Source: a virus
Virus record (IMG/VR): IMGVR_UViG_3300037011_001068
Location: 32,001-96,000 of that record
Direction: 5' to 3' (one strand)
Length of the DNA: 64,000 nt
A program made the translations under genes and the position numbers. The stretch's first letter is position 1. Each line of letters starts with the position of its first letter. The notes below the pieces were generated by a model. The model saw nothing but the letters and a program-made list of their open reading frames with translations, searched no databases and was not told the DNA's origin. Below are positions 1-9,505 of the stretch, one piece after another.

Positions 1-16
1 CTTTGAGTTTCAGAGG

Positions 17-496
17 TTGGTCTACTTTCAAGCTCGGGCCACTTGGGATCCGCAGCCGGGGGAACCTTACGTGAAGGCGTTGAATCCTCCGGTGCATTCA
101 GGAGGGGCGGGCGCGAAGGATGTGCTCCTGAATTTGGATGTGGCGCGGAATTTTCGCAGGGTGGCGGTGGTGGAAGGGCCCGTGGACGCGATTCATACGG
201 GGCCCTCGGCGGTGGCGACGTTTGGAAAACACATCAGTCCGGCGCAGACGATGAAGCTTCGTCAGGCGGGTGTACGGGCCCTGGACTTGATGTGGGACGG
301 TCCCGGACCAACTGAGCCTATGGGGGCATGGCCGGAGATGATGAAGGCATCCAGGCAGCTTGCAGGGCTCTTTGATGTGCGGTTGGTTTTCCTTCCTCGA
401 GGGGATCCCGGGGAGTATCACCGGGGGGAGCTGGAGTGGTTCCGTCGGTATCACGCGAGGCCTGCAGAGTCGGTGTCGGGGCTCGCGTATCTATAA
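17..496 (+). CDS. DNA primase, C-terminal TOPRIM region (5' part outside the window)
   Basis: VAVVEGPVDA (TOPRIM motif), ATFGK and LMWDG...DPGE; lies next to replication genes. Confidence 0.8.
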   Translation: MVYFQARATWDPQPGEPYVKALNPPVHSGGAGAKDVLLNLDVARNFRRVAVVEGPVDAIHTGPSAVATFGKHISPAQTMKLRQAGVRALDLMWDGPGPTEPMGAWPEMMKASRQLAGLFDVRLVFLPRGDPGEYHRGELEWFRRYHARPAESVSGLAYL

Positions 497-511
497 GGAG
501 AGGAGGATTTT

Positions 512-775
512 ATGGGTAGAGCAGTCAGGGAGCCTTTTTTAGGGGGTGCAGGCCGAAAAAAGACAGACACGCGGATCCCAGAGCCTCTTGTGGAGGTCCT
601 CAAGGAGATAGCGGTGGTCTTGGGAGTTTCGATGAACGCGGTTTTTTGCCTCTCGGTAGCGAATTTTCTTCTGCAGATGGTTCCAGTGCTCCCCGGAAGG
701 AAGCGGGCGGCGGTTTTCAAGGTGCTGGAATCTAATGTCCAGAAATTGCTAGAAGACATTCGATCGAAGCTTTAG
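512..775 (+). CDS. small ribbon-helix-helix-like DNA-binding protein
   Basis: TDTRIPEPLVEVLKEIAVVLGVSMN fits an RHH pattern; GAGGA RBS upstream. Confidence 0.55.
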   Translation: MGRAVREPFLGGAGRKKTDTRIPEPLVEVLKEIAVVLGVSMNAVFCLSVANFLLQMVPVLPGRKRAAVFKVLESNVQKLLEDIRSKL

Positions 776-1017
776 ATATTTCCCAAAAAAAGGCTAGTGT
801 TTCCTTGAGGAAAACGGTTCTTTGATTGTGTACTCTTGAGGCATTTTGCCCTATTTTCATTCTAACCCTCCGATTCTTCATCAAAAAAATTTTTAGAATA
901 TTTTGCTTTACAACTGCTGGGGGGTTCGTTACTGGTAAGGGGCGGGATCGTTTTTGGGATATCGCAGATAGGCATTTTGACCCCCTGCTCCAGGGGGGTC
1001 GGAAAGGGACGTGTGGC

Positions 1018-1527
1018 ATGGAGATTCCATCTTCTATTGAGACTTACATCCGGAAATTGAGTGGGCAGCTTGGATGCTACCTGGGTTTAGATGTTTCGGG
1101 GTGCGATCGAGAGGATTATGAGGCGCGGTTGCGCTTGCACGCTCTCGAGGTCCTTCGCAAAGTGCGTCCAGAAATTGCAGGGGAAGCGCTCGAAAAGTAT
1201 TTGGGGAAGGCGCTGTACTACCGTTCGATGGATTTTTTTCGCGAACGGCGCCGTTTTCCAGCGGCTAAGGATCTTGTGCCAGTTACTGATTTTATCGTGG
1301 GGTATTACGATTCTGTGGCGCGTTTGGATGCGCGGAAGGCCCTAAAAATTCTTCATGAGAATCTTTCTCCAGTGGATTGGCGTCGCCTATGGGCCGTTGC
1401 TCAAGGAGCGACAGCTCAAGAGGCGGCGAGGGGGCGGCTGAGGAGGTTTTCCTTGCAGACTCAGCGAGCCAAAATTCGGGAATCCCGGAGAAAGGCGAAA
1501 AAGATTCTGGATGCTTTTCGATGGTAG
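1018..1527 (+). CDS. sigma-70/ECF-like phage sigma factor
   Basis: DREDY...YLGKALYYRSMDFFR resembles region 2 and LSPVDWRRL...TAQEAA resembles region 4; ATG at 1018 preferred over 826. Confidence 0.5.
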   Translation: MEIPSSIETYIRKLSGQLGCYLGLDVSGCDREDYEARLRLHALEVLRKVRPEIAGEALEKYLGKALYYRSMDFFRERRRFPAAKDLVPVTDFIVGYYDSVARLDARKALKILHENLSPVDWRRLWAVAQGATAQEAARGRLRRFSLQTQRAKIRESRRKAKKILDAFRW

Positions 1528-1566
1528 AGCGTTAAGGTATACAGGAAGGATGAAGTCCAGAAAATC

Positions 1567-2736
1567 GTGGAGGAAAAAATGGGTGCTCAAACCCCCGAAT
1601 GTTACGGAATTCTTTGGGATGGCAGTCCTGAGGGAGAGTGCTTGCGATGCCAAGTCCAGGCAGACTGCTTGGATGTTTTCACTCTCCAGGAGCTTCCAAA
1701 ACTGAAAGCGAAGGCAGGACCTAATTTTTCGGTGGAGAAATTGGCAATGCTGGCGGGGGTGCCTGAGGCGGCAATAGAAATCGCTCTCCAGCGTGAGGCG
1801 CGAGAACCTGTAACTCCCCCAGGATTCGCAGCTCAGCTGGTGGGTCCTACTTCGCCTCTTCCGCACTCGCCAGCATCGTCTCAACGTGTGGATCTCGATT
1901 TTGCTGAAGAGGGATCCGAAGGAGAAGAGGAGCCTGAAGAGGAGCTTGAGGGGGAGGGTGCGCGGGGATTAGAGAAACCAGCGCATCTAGTCATTGAGGC
2001 TTTTCCGGAGAAGCCGGGGGAGCCTGAGGAAACAAAGTTTGTGAAGGAGGAGGTAATGCCCCGTAAAAGAGGGCGCCCGCGAAAGGTGCCACCGACCCCG
2101 CTTCTCGAAAAGAAGGGGGGCAAGAAAGAGAGCCCGCTGAAGCATCTTGCTACGCGGACCCCAGCGTCGGAGCTCCCTCCGGAGCCCAAGAAGTCTGCTC
2201 TGGAGGCTAAGAAGGGTACTCCGGTGGTGGGAAAAGGAAGAAAGAAGGAGCCGGTCAAAAAGCCGGAACAACTTCCCCGCCCTTCGAGGGCCCGATCTGC
2301 CAAGCCTGTGGTGGATCGGGCCGGGGACAGACAGGCATATGCCAGGAGTGTAGCGGAGCTGGCAGAAATAGCACTCAGAAAGAAGGAAGCGATCCCGCAG
2401 TGGGAATGGGGCTCGGATCACGATCAGAGCCGATTTTTTCGGGAACGGAAGAGGAGCCGGATCATTGCCCTCCTGACTCCGGGGATGAAAATCCTCCGGG
2501 AATGGGAGGGGCGGATCTACGAGGTCCTGGTCCAAAAAGACGGATACCGGTTTGCAGGCAAAAAATATCCCACCCTGTATGCAGTCAGGATTGCGATAAC
2601 GGGGAGGCGATGGACCCTGAAACAAACGAGGGATGGGAAGAGGAGCCCGGGTCTTCGCCCGACAGGGAATTGCGGGGCAGTAAGATGGTTCCAGTTGGAG
2701 AAATTTCTGGAGAAGAGAGGAGTTTCTTTGACCTGA
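1567..2736 (+). CDS. protein with N-terminal Cys cluster, AT-hook (KRGRPRK) and C-terminal DUF2924-like domain
   Basis: CYG..C..C.....C at the N-terminus; PGMKILREWEGRIYEVLV..DGYRF.GKKY.TL.A...AITG.RW matches my recollection of the DUF2924 consensus. Confidence 0.6.
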   Translation: MEEKMGAQTPECYGILWDGSPEGECLRCQVQADCLDVFTLQELPKLKAKAGPNFSVEKLAMLAGVPEAAIEIALQREAREPVTPPGFAAQLVGPTSPLPHSPASSQRVDLDFAEEGSEGEEEPEEELEGEGARGLEKPAHLVIEAFPEKPGEPEETKFVKEEVMPRKRGRPRKVPPTPLLEKKGGKKESPLKHLATRTPASELPPEPKKSALEAKKGTPVVGKGRKKEPVKKPEQLPRPSRARSAKPVVDRAGDRQAYARSVAELAEIALRKKEAIPQWEWGSDHDQSRFFRERKRSRIIALLTPGMKILREWEGRIYEVLVQKDGYRFAGKKYPTLYAVRIAITGRRWTLKQTRDGKRSPGLRPTGNCGAVRWFQLEKFLEKRGVSLT

Positions 2737-2970
2737 TCGTGGATTTGCGAAAAGCGCAATTTCAGATCGTGTACTGGCCAGCTTATCCAGCGCTTTTGAC
2801 TTTTGGAAATTGTAGGATTCTTCAAGTAGGCGGTTATAGTGACTATTTCCAAAAGTACGTGAAGCTTGTACCGGAAAAAACAGGGGAGCCGGGTGTCGTT
2901 GAGGTTCTCCTCGAGGAGCTCGCAGCCTTGCCAGGTGCAATAGGTCCGGCTTTAGAGGCTCTTTTCGCGA

Positions 2971-3201
2971 ATGCCCAATCCTTCCTCAAAAAAAGTTAGG
3001 TGGCGCGTCCGGGTTCCAATTGTCGGCCTGGCAGAGGCGGACGTGTGGGCGCGGACGCGAGAAGAAGCGGAAGAGACCCTGCGGGGCACTTCCCCTCTTT
3101 CTGTCCTTCGGGGCTCTCTTTCGCTTCTTCGCTTAGGGTATAATTTCGAGGCGGCAACGGTGGAATGTGCAGGGGGATCTCCTGATGCCGATGCAGATTA
3201 A
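2971..3201 (+). CDS. hypothetical protein
   Basis: Short ORF overlapping both neighbours in an operon-like arrangement. Confidence 0.45.
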   Translation: MPNPSSKKVRWRVRVPIVGLAEADVWARTREEAEETLRGTSPLSVLRGSLSLLRLGYNFEAATVECAGGSPDADAD

Positions 3202-6019
3202 TCCCCATCAATGCACTTCGGGGGCTTTGGACACCGGATCGCCCGATAAGGAAATCGTGTGGCGAATGGATCAGGTTGGGCCGATGGTTCGCTTTCTTCA
3301 GGCGAGCCCCATTTTAATTTTCGATTTTGAGACCTCTGGGCTGGCGTATTTTCGGGATGCTGCGGCTTGTGGCATTGCCTTGGCGGGAGTGGATCAGGAG
3401 GGCCAGAGGCGCTCTTATTATGTGCCTTTCAGGCATGCGACCATTTTTCGCCAGCTCCCTATCGAGGTGGTTTCCCAGGGGGTGGCGCCGCTTCTCGCGG
3501 ATCCGAATAAGCTGAAGATCGCGCACCACATTAAATTCGATGAGCACATGGCGCGGCGGGAAGGATGGCGCGTGGAAGGGAAGCGCTATGACACCATGAT
3601 TGCCGCGCACATTGCGGATGAAAATAAGCCTATAGGATTGAAAAGTCGTGCGATGAGCGATCTGCATCGAAATGATGCAGATTATTGGGAAGGTCGTGTT
3701 GATGCGGAAGTTCGACAGCTCGCAAAAAAAGAAGGTCTTGGGATCGCTGCTTATCGTGAAAAATATGGTTATTCTCAGGTGCCACTTCCGATCGTTGGTC
3801 CATACGCATGCTTGGATGTGGAGCTCACGCATGAGCTCTACAAGCTTTACGAGAAAAATGGGCTTTCTTCTTTTTATGGGCCCATTTTCAGCACTGAATC
3901 CAAGCTCACGGGAATTCTCTGCGAAATGGAGGAGGAGGGCCTTCCCATCGATGTGCCTTACGTCCAGAAATTGAGGGAAAATCTTGTGGCGGTGCAGGCT
4001 CAATTGCTGGATTCTATTTTTCGGATAATTCCTGGGAAGCGTTTTAATTTGGCGTCCGATCAGGAGCTCCGTGATTTTTTGACTTGCGATCTGCGGCTCC
4101 CTCTCCACAAATTAACGGAGAAGGAACAGCTTGCGGTGGATGCGGAGGTCCTCGAGGAATTTTCTGCAGCTCATCCAGCAATTTCATTTATTTTGCAATG
4201 GAGAGAAGCGGAAAAAATTCGGAATACCTACACCACGTCTATCCTCTCTCGGTTGGATCGGAATAATATTCTGCACCCGGATTATCAGCAAGTCGGGACG
4301 GTGACTGGTCGGCTTGCTTGCAAATCCCCGAATTTTCAAAATCAGGTGAGGGATGATGATGATCGAGCAAAGAAGCACAGTGGGAAGGGGCTCAAGGAAG
4401 GGGGTGTGGATCCCTGGTCAGTCCGGAGGGCGTATGTTAATCGTGGGCCCGGTTGGGTGCGGTTATTTTTTGACTATTGTTTACATCCTTCGACGTTAGT
4501 GGAGACGGTTGCGGGAAAGCGGGCTTTGGGAGATCTTAAACCTAGGGATAGGGTTTTCACTTGTCGGAATATGGAGATTTCGAGTGGTGAGGTTTCTCGA
4601 GCAGTTCGGATCGGGAAACTCCCCGCTTACAAGATCAATTTCGATAATGGGGAAAGCGTAATTGCTTCTGTGGATCATGAGTGGCCTGTGGCGATTATAA
4701 AAGGTCAGCAGTTTTATCAGATTAAAAGAAAGACGGAGAATCTTCAGGAGGGCCAGTGGGTATTATCTGCGAAGTTGACTGAAAAGGGATGTATATATGA
4801 TGATAGGGTTAGCTCCATTGAATATGTAGGTTTACAAGAGATGTTTGCGATCACAGTGGAGCCTGATCATAATTATATTCTTGGGTGCGGGGTGGTTACC
4901 TGTAATTCTCAAATCGAATTGAGGGTTTTGGCTCATTATTCTCAGGATCCCACTTTGGTTGAGGCGTATCTTACCGGGGAAGATATTCATTCCAGGACTT
5001 CGATGGAGGTTTTTGGGAATAAGTCTTCTCGCCAGCTCGCGAAGATTCTTAATTTCGGCCTTTGTATTGCTGGTGGGCAGAAGGTCTTGACGCGCCAAGA
5101 TGGCCTTGTGCCGATTGAGCAAGTGCAGGATAGGCATTTTCTCTGGGATGGCGTTGATTGGGTTAGACATGCTGGCCTAGTATGCCGGGGGGAAAAGGGT
5201 GTCGTGACGTATGAGGATCTCACTGCGACGCCAGAGCATTTGGTTTTTTTGAAAGGTGGCCGATCTATTCCGATCGGATGCCTTGCATCCTCTATTAGTT
5301 CTGGGCGTCTTGCTCTTGGCGCGGTTGGAGAGGATCCCGTTAAATATTTTGCAGCTTATGGGCCACACTGGTATGCGATAGAGAATTCAGGTTGTGAGAG
5401 CTGCATGAGTTGTTCGCCATGCTTGAAGACAGCAGTGGTATATGATCTTCTGGATGCTGGCCCGCGAAATAGATTTACGGTTGAGGGGAAAATTGTGTCT
5501 AACTCCTATTGTATGTCGGCGATTGGTTACAGCCGCAACGCCAAGATCCCTCAAGAAGAGGCTGAAAAGCACATGGCTCAGTTTTTTGCTCGGTATAGCG
5601 GTATTAAACCCTTTCGCGAGAAACTATGGGCGGAAGTGCAGAGTCAGCGGGGTTATTTCCAGAATATTTTTGGGCGACCCCGAAGAGTGATCGGAATTCT
5701 TTCTCCGGGACGGCAGGCTGTATCGAGGGCTCGCCGGCAGATTATCTCGACCTTGATTCAAGGTACTGCAGCCGAGCTCACGAAAGAGAGCCTTTGCCGG
5801 ATTCATGATTTTTTGCGAGCAGAGAATATTCCCGCGAAGATTGTTGCGACCGTACATGATGAGATTCAGATTGATTGCCCGGTTGGGTCCTTGTCCAGAG
5901 TCGCGCGTGAGACGAAACGATTGATGGAGGATTTTTCACAGTTTGCTCCGATTCCTATCCTCGTGGATGGGCAATATTCCACGCAGAGCTGGAGCGATAA
6001 GCAATCGCTTCCACTGTGA
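3167..6019 (+). CDS. polA: family A DNA polymerase (3'-5' exonuclease + polymerase) containing two inteins
   Basis: FDFETSG (ExoI), HHIKFD, YACLD, TVTGRL, DY^SQIELR (motif A), AKILNFGL^SY (motif B), IQGTAA, VHDEI (motif C). Confidence 0.95.
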   Translation: MQGDLLMPMQINPHQCTSGALDTGSPDKEIVWRMDQVGPMVRFLQASPILIFDFETSGLAYFRDAAACGIALAGVDQEGQRRSYYVPFRHATIFRQLPIEVVSQGVAPLLADPNKLKIAHHIKFDEHMARREGWRVEGKRYDTMIAAHIADENKPIGLKSRAMSDLHRNDADYWEGRVDAEVRQLAKKEGLGIAAYREKYGYSQVPLPIVGPYACLDVELTHELYKLYEKNGLSSFYGPIFSTESKLTGILCEMEEEGLPIDVPYVQKLRENLVAVQAQLLDSIFRIIPGKRFNLASDQELRDFLTCDLRLPLHKLTEKEQLAVDAEVLEEFSAAHPAISFILQWREAEKIRNTYTTSILSRLDRNNILHPDYQQVGTVTGRLACKSPNFQNQVRDDDDRAKKHSGKGLKEGGVDPWSVRRAYVNRGPGWVRLFFDYCLHPSTLVETVAGKRALGDLKPRDRVFTCRNMEISSGEVSRAVRIGKLPAYKINFDNGESVIASVDHEWPVAIIKGQQFYQIKRKTENLQEGQWVLSAKLTEKGCIYDDRVSSIEYVGLQEMFAITVEPDHNYILGCGVVTCNSQIELRVLAHYSQDPTLVEAYLTGEDIHSRTSMEVFGNKSSRQLAKILNFGLCIAGGQKVLTRQDGLVPIEQVQDRHFLWDGVDWVRHAGLVCRGEKGVVTYEDLTATPEHLVFLKGGRSIPIGCLASSISSGRLALGAVGEDPVKYFAAYGPHWYAIENSGCESCMSCSPCLKTAVVYDLLDAGPRNRFTVEGKIVSNSYCMSAIGYSRNAKIPQEEAEKHMAQFFARYSGIKPFREKLWAEVQSQRGYFQNIFGRPRRVIGILSPGRQAVSRARRQIISTLIQGTAAELTKESLCRIHDFLRAENIPAKIVATVHDEIQIDCPVGSLSRVARETKRLMEDFSQFAPIPILVDGQYSTQSWSDKQSLPL
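4478..4906 (+). mobile_element. mini-intein (143 aa) in PolA motif A
   Basis: Begins CLHPSTLV, has block B ASVDHEW and ends VVTCN followed by Ser; removing it restores DYSQIELR. Confidence 0.9.
5063..5503 (+). mobile_element. mini-intein (147 aa) in PolA motif B
   Basis: Begins CIAGGQKV, has block B TATPEH and ends VYDLL..GPRNRFTVEGKIVSN followed by Ser; removing it restores KILNFGLSY. Confidence 0.9.
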
Positions 6020-6026
6020 GGTGCTC

Positions 6027-6527
6027 ATGCAGAATTCCTTGGATGCGGTGATTTTTCGTCTTTCGAGCCACCCACCGTTTAATATTTATTACGTGGGCGA
6101 TGATGGGATGCCTCGGCCGTGGTTCGAGGTGAAGCCGGGTATTTTGTGGGAGCTTGCGATCCAGCAAATAGGCTTAGCAACCCAGGTTGAAGCGATCGGC
6201 GCTCAGATCATGTTTTGGGGGCGGATGGTCGCGCAGGCAAAGCGTGTTTGGGATGTGGAGCAAAGGCTCTATCGTGTTTGGCGGGATAAGCGTTACCTTG
6301 ATCTTCTGGGAGAGAAGGAGAAAGGGAAAAAGCTTACGCAGGCGAACCTCGATCGGCTCATTCGATCGGAGGCGGTCTACACGGAATTTTATCGAAGGAT
6401 TGAGCGGGCAGAGGAAGCGTACAATGCGGCCGGCGCTGTTTTGGAAGGATTTAGAGCGAAGAAAGATTTGATGAAAACTGCGATTATACGGCAGCATGAG
6501 GACGGTGCTCCGCGTCTCAGCGTGTGA
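6027..6527 (+). CDS. putative UvsY-like recombination mediator
   Basis: Helical protein with KLTQANLDRLIRSE..Y...LEGFRAKKD; sits between the polymerase and SSB/RecA. Confidence 0.45.
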   Translation: MQNSLDAVIFRLSSHPPFNIYYVGDDGMPRPWFEVKPGILWELAIQQIGLATQVEAIGAQIMFWGRMVAQAKRVWDVEQRLYRVWRDKRYLDLLGEKEKGKKLTQANLDRLIRSEAVYTEFYRRIERAEEAYNAAGAVLEGFRAKKDLMKTAIIRQHEDGAPRLSV

Positions 6528-6592
6528 TTGTGCTTTCGCGTTTTTGCGTTTGTACGTTAATTAATAGTGGCGTTTAACTTTGGAGGAAAATC

Positions 6593-8386
6593 ATGTATCC
6601 AGCAAATCCATGGCCACAGCAGGGCCAGCAACCGCAGCAGCCACAGCAATTTCAGCAACCGCAGCAATTTCAGCAACCGCAACAATTTCAGCAACCGCAA
6701 CAATTTCAGCAACCACAGCAGCCACAGCAGCCACAAGCAATTCAGGGTTCAGGGCAATTTGGTTCTCCGGTAGGCCCGATGGCGCCGGCAGGAATTCCCG
6801 ATTTTTTCGCTCCGAATGAGGAGCAGATTCAGGAGGAGTTTCGGCGGGCATCGGCAGAAGATCGGTTTAAAGGTCCACCCTTCGTGAAATTTTTGGGCCC
6901 GCAGGGACAGGCTAGATGGGATAAATCGGTCCCAGTGGGTCATAAAGACGATATTTTTGTGGCTTTTGCGCCTTGTTGGGGTCCTGGAAAGCCCTTGTTC
7001 AAAGTATCTCGGAGTCATTATTGGAAAAGCTTCCAGCATCCCAGAGGAAAATCTATCGGTTGCGCTGGTAAGGAGTGTTTAATTTGTAAAGCGAGGGAAT
7101 TGGCTCTCAATAGCCCGGATAATGCTGTGAAGGAGCGGGCAAAAGATATCGGTAGATCGCGTGTGCAAAATCTCTACAATGTATTTCTCCTTAAGAGTCC
7201 TCAATTGCATCCAGTAGATCCTATCACAGGGCTCATGCGACCGTTCATTCTTGGCGCTGGCAGGAATTTGCACGCTGAAATTTTTAATCTAATCGACGGT
7301 CGGGGGGGTGCAATGGCTCTCATAAATCCCAGCCATCTCCGTCCTGTGCGGATCACAAAAATTAAGAATGGTGAAGACGAGAAGGATGTTGAATATAAGT
7401 TAATTGATTACGATCCTATTGTCCTTCCACGAGAATTTTGGGGAGCACTATCGAATCTTTGGGATTTAGATGCCTTAGAGAAGCTGGTGAGTCCGGAAGA
7501 TCAAATTAAGGTGATCCAGGAGATGCAATTTCCACTTCCTCCCGGGGTTTTTCCAGGCATGTCGGCTCCTCAAGCTCCTCAAGCTCCTTCTGGATGGGCT
7601 CCTCAAGCTCCTCAAGCTCCTCAAGCTCCTTCTGGATGGGCTCCTCAAGCTCCTCAAGCTCCTTCTGGATGGGTTCCTCAAGCTCCTCAAGCTCCTCAAG
7701 CTCCTTCTGGATGGGCTCCTCAAGCTCCTCAAGCTCCTTCTGGATGGGTTCCTCAAGCTCCTCAAGCTCCTCAAGCTCCTCAAGCTCCTTCTGGATGGGC
7801 TCCTCAAGCTCCTCAAGCTCCTCAAGCTCCTTCTGGATGGGCTCCCTCCCAAACTCCTTCCCAAACTCCTTCTCAGGCTCCTTCTGGATGGTCCCCTCAA
7901 GCCCCTTCTGGATGGTCCCCTCAAGCTCCTCAAGCTCCTTCTGGATGGGCTCCTCAAGCTCCTCAAGCTCCTCAAGCTCCCTCTGGATGGGGGGCTCCTG
8001 TTCCTCCTCCAATGACTCCTCCCCCGGTGTCCTCTGGAGGAGGGGCTCCTGGGAGTTATTCTCCCCAGCCCTCGCAGGCAGGGGGGCCTGTTCCGCCGCC
8101 TGCCTACCCTATGCAGTCTCCTGGGGGTTTCGGGGATCCTTTTGCTAGTCAGCAGGCGGCTCTTCCGGGGCAAGCGATTCCGTGGCCTTTTCCTGCGGGT
8201 TTTTCTTTGCCGGACGGCAGAGAGCGTTGTTATAGTCGTTTTCATGCCGAGCATACTTTCTGCCGTCAATGCCCCGGGTGGATTCAGGCGCAATGCCAAT
8301 TGTTGGCTCGGTCTATGCTTGGTTCCGGAGGGGCGCCAAAGCCGACCTTAGAGGCGTTGCAGGCGCAGCTATCCGGCAAGGTATAA
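6593..8386 (+). CDS. gp32-like single-stranded DNA-binding protein with Q/P-rich low-complexity arms and a C-terminal Cys cluster
   Basis: SHYW...CAGKECLICK Zn motif, NLYNV and ITKIKNG...VEY form an OB-type core; directly upstream of recA. Confidence 0.65.
   Translation: MYPANPWPQQGQQPQQPQQFQQPQQFQQPQQFQQPQQFQQPQQPQQPQAIQGSGQFGSPVGPMAPAGIPDFFAPNEEQIQEEFRRASAEDRFKGPPFVKFLGPQGQARWDKSVPVGHKDDIFVAFAPCWGPGKPLFKVSRSHYWKSFQHPRGKSIGCAGKECLICKARELALNSPDNAVKERAKDIGRSRVQNLYNVFLLKSPQLHPVDPITGLMRPFILGAGRNLHAEIFNLIDGRGGAMALINPSHLRPVRITKIKNGEDEKDVEYKLIDYDPIVLPREFWGALSNLWDLDALEKLVSPEDQIKVIQEMQFPLPPGVFPGMSAPQAPQAPSGWAPQAPQAPQAPSGWAPQAPQAPSGWVPQAPQAPQAPSGWAPQAPQAPSGWVPQAPQAPQAPQAPSGWAPQAPQAPQAPSGWAPSQTPSQTPSQAPSGWSPQAPSGWSPQAPQAPSGWAPQAPQAPQAPSGWGAPVPPPMTPPPVSSGGGAPGSYSPQPSQAGGPVPPPAYPMQSPGGFGDPFASQQAALPGQAIPWPFPAGFSLPDGRERCYSRFHAEHTFCRQCPGWIQAQCQLLARSMLGSGGAPKPTLEALQAQLSGKV
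6617..6740 (+). repeat. tandem repeat encoding (Q)PQQF units
   Basis: cagcaaccgcarcaattt units repeated about 4 times, with PQQ flanks. Confidence 0.9.
7565..8000 (+). repeat. coding minisatellite built from gctcctcaa and gctccttctggatgg units (APQ/APSGW)
   Basis: Directly visible tandem repeat of about 430 bp. Confidence 0.95.
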
Positions 8387-9502
8387 TTGATGGGAAAGCA
8401 GAAAAAGATCTCGAGAAAGCCGGTTTGGGCTGGCAAGAAAAATCGGCCTTCTCGAGAGCCCGTAAAATCTGGACCTAAAATTAAGTCAGATCCGCGTAAA
8501 GAATATGATGAGCGGATTAAGAGTGCAGGGGTGCGGGTTTTGGCTTTAGAGGATCCGGACTGTCTAGCGCATGTTCGGGACCATATTTCCACTCAATCTT
8601 TGGAGCTCGATCGGCTGATCAATGGCAAAGGTATTCCCACGGGGAGAGTTACTGAAATATATGGTCCGGCGCATATTGGGAAGAGTACGATAATGGATCA
8701 TATGTTTGCGGAGGTTCAAAGGCGCGATGGGGTTGCCGTGCTTATCGATTCTGAAGGGGCTCGCGATGTGAATTACTCTCGAGCGATCGGCGTGAATCCT
8801 GCAACTTTGAAATACCTGGAATTTGAGCCAGAAAATTTGCATATTGAGGCGGTGATTCAAGCGATTTATGCAACGATTGAATTCTGGTCTTCCAGGGATC
8901 CAGATCGGCTTGTGCTTATTGGCTGGGATGCTCTTGGCGGTACATCTACACGGGATGAGCTTGAAAAGCGTTTGGAGCGAGATTCGAGGCCTGCGATGGC
9001 TGCAAGCATCATGCGAAAGGCTTGCAGGCAGATACCGCCGAAGCTTGGAAACACGCGGATTGCGGTTGTGATCAGCAATCATGAGTATCAGCATCTTGAT
9101 CTAGGTGGACGGGTAGGGGTACGGAGAGAGACCTACGGGGGGGAAGCAGTACGTTTGCTTTCGTCCATCCGGGTTCAGCTTTTTCACGGTGGGTGGATCA
9201 AGCGGTCAGACGGGGTTGTCGTTGGTCGTGAAATCGGTGCGAAACTCATAAAAAATAGGCTAGGGGATCCTTGGGGGGAAGTACGTTTTGCGCTGATTCC
9301 CTCTATTGGAGTGGACAACTTATGGTCCATTTATGAGAGGCTTAAGCACAAGCGCATCATTGAAGTAAAAGGTAGTTGGAGCGCTATTAATTTGGATGGG
9401 AAGGTTATTAATTTCCAAGGTTGGTCCGGCTTGATTGAGCAGTGCAAGGCGGATTCAACCCTTTTTCCGCGGCTGGTATCGGTGTACCGCGCGGCAGGGT
9501 GA
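8387..9502 (+). CDS. recA: RecA/UvsX-family recombinase
   Basis: ISTQSLELD...GIPTGRVTEIYGPAHIGKST (Walker A), IDSE, TYGGEAVR, KLIKNRL. Confidence 0.93.
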   Translation: MMGKQKKISRKPVWAGKKNRPSREPVKSGPKIKSDPRKEYDERIKSAGVRVLALEDPDCLAHVRDHISTQSLELDRLINGKGIPTGRVTEIYGPAHIGKSTIMDHMFAEVQRRDGVAVLIDSEGARDVNYSRAIGVNPATLKYLEFEPENLHIEAVIQAIYATIEFWSSRDPDRLVLIGWDALGGTSTRDELEKRLERDSRPAMAASIMRKACRQIPPKLGNTRIAVVISNHEYQHLDLGGRVGVRRETYGGEAVRLLSSIRVQLFHGGWIKRSDGVVVGREIGAKLIKNRLGDPWGEVRFALIPSIGVDNLWSIYERLKHKRIIEVKGSWSAINLDGKVINFQGWSGLIEQCKADSTLFPRLVSVYRAAG

Positions 9503-9505
9503 TGC

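Noticed and set aside
975-1005. GACCCCCTG/CAGGGGGGTC hairpin before the sigma-like gene as a terminator or origin
   Set aside because: The stem is real, but there is no + strand U-tract and no iterons, so no function can be supported.
7565-8000. Possible CRISPR array
   Set aside because: The units are contiguous, codon-phased tandem repeats with no unique spacers, and no cas genes are present.
7475-8299. ORFs 7475..8299(-), 7506..8012(-) and 7594..8148(+) with ELEE, RSL or poly-Ser repeats
   Set aside because: They are shadow frames of the APQ/APSGW minisatellite inside the SSB gene.
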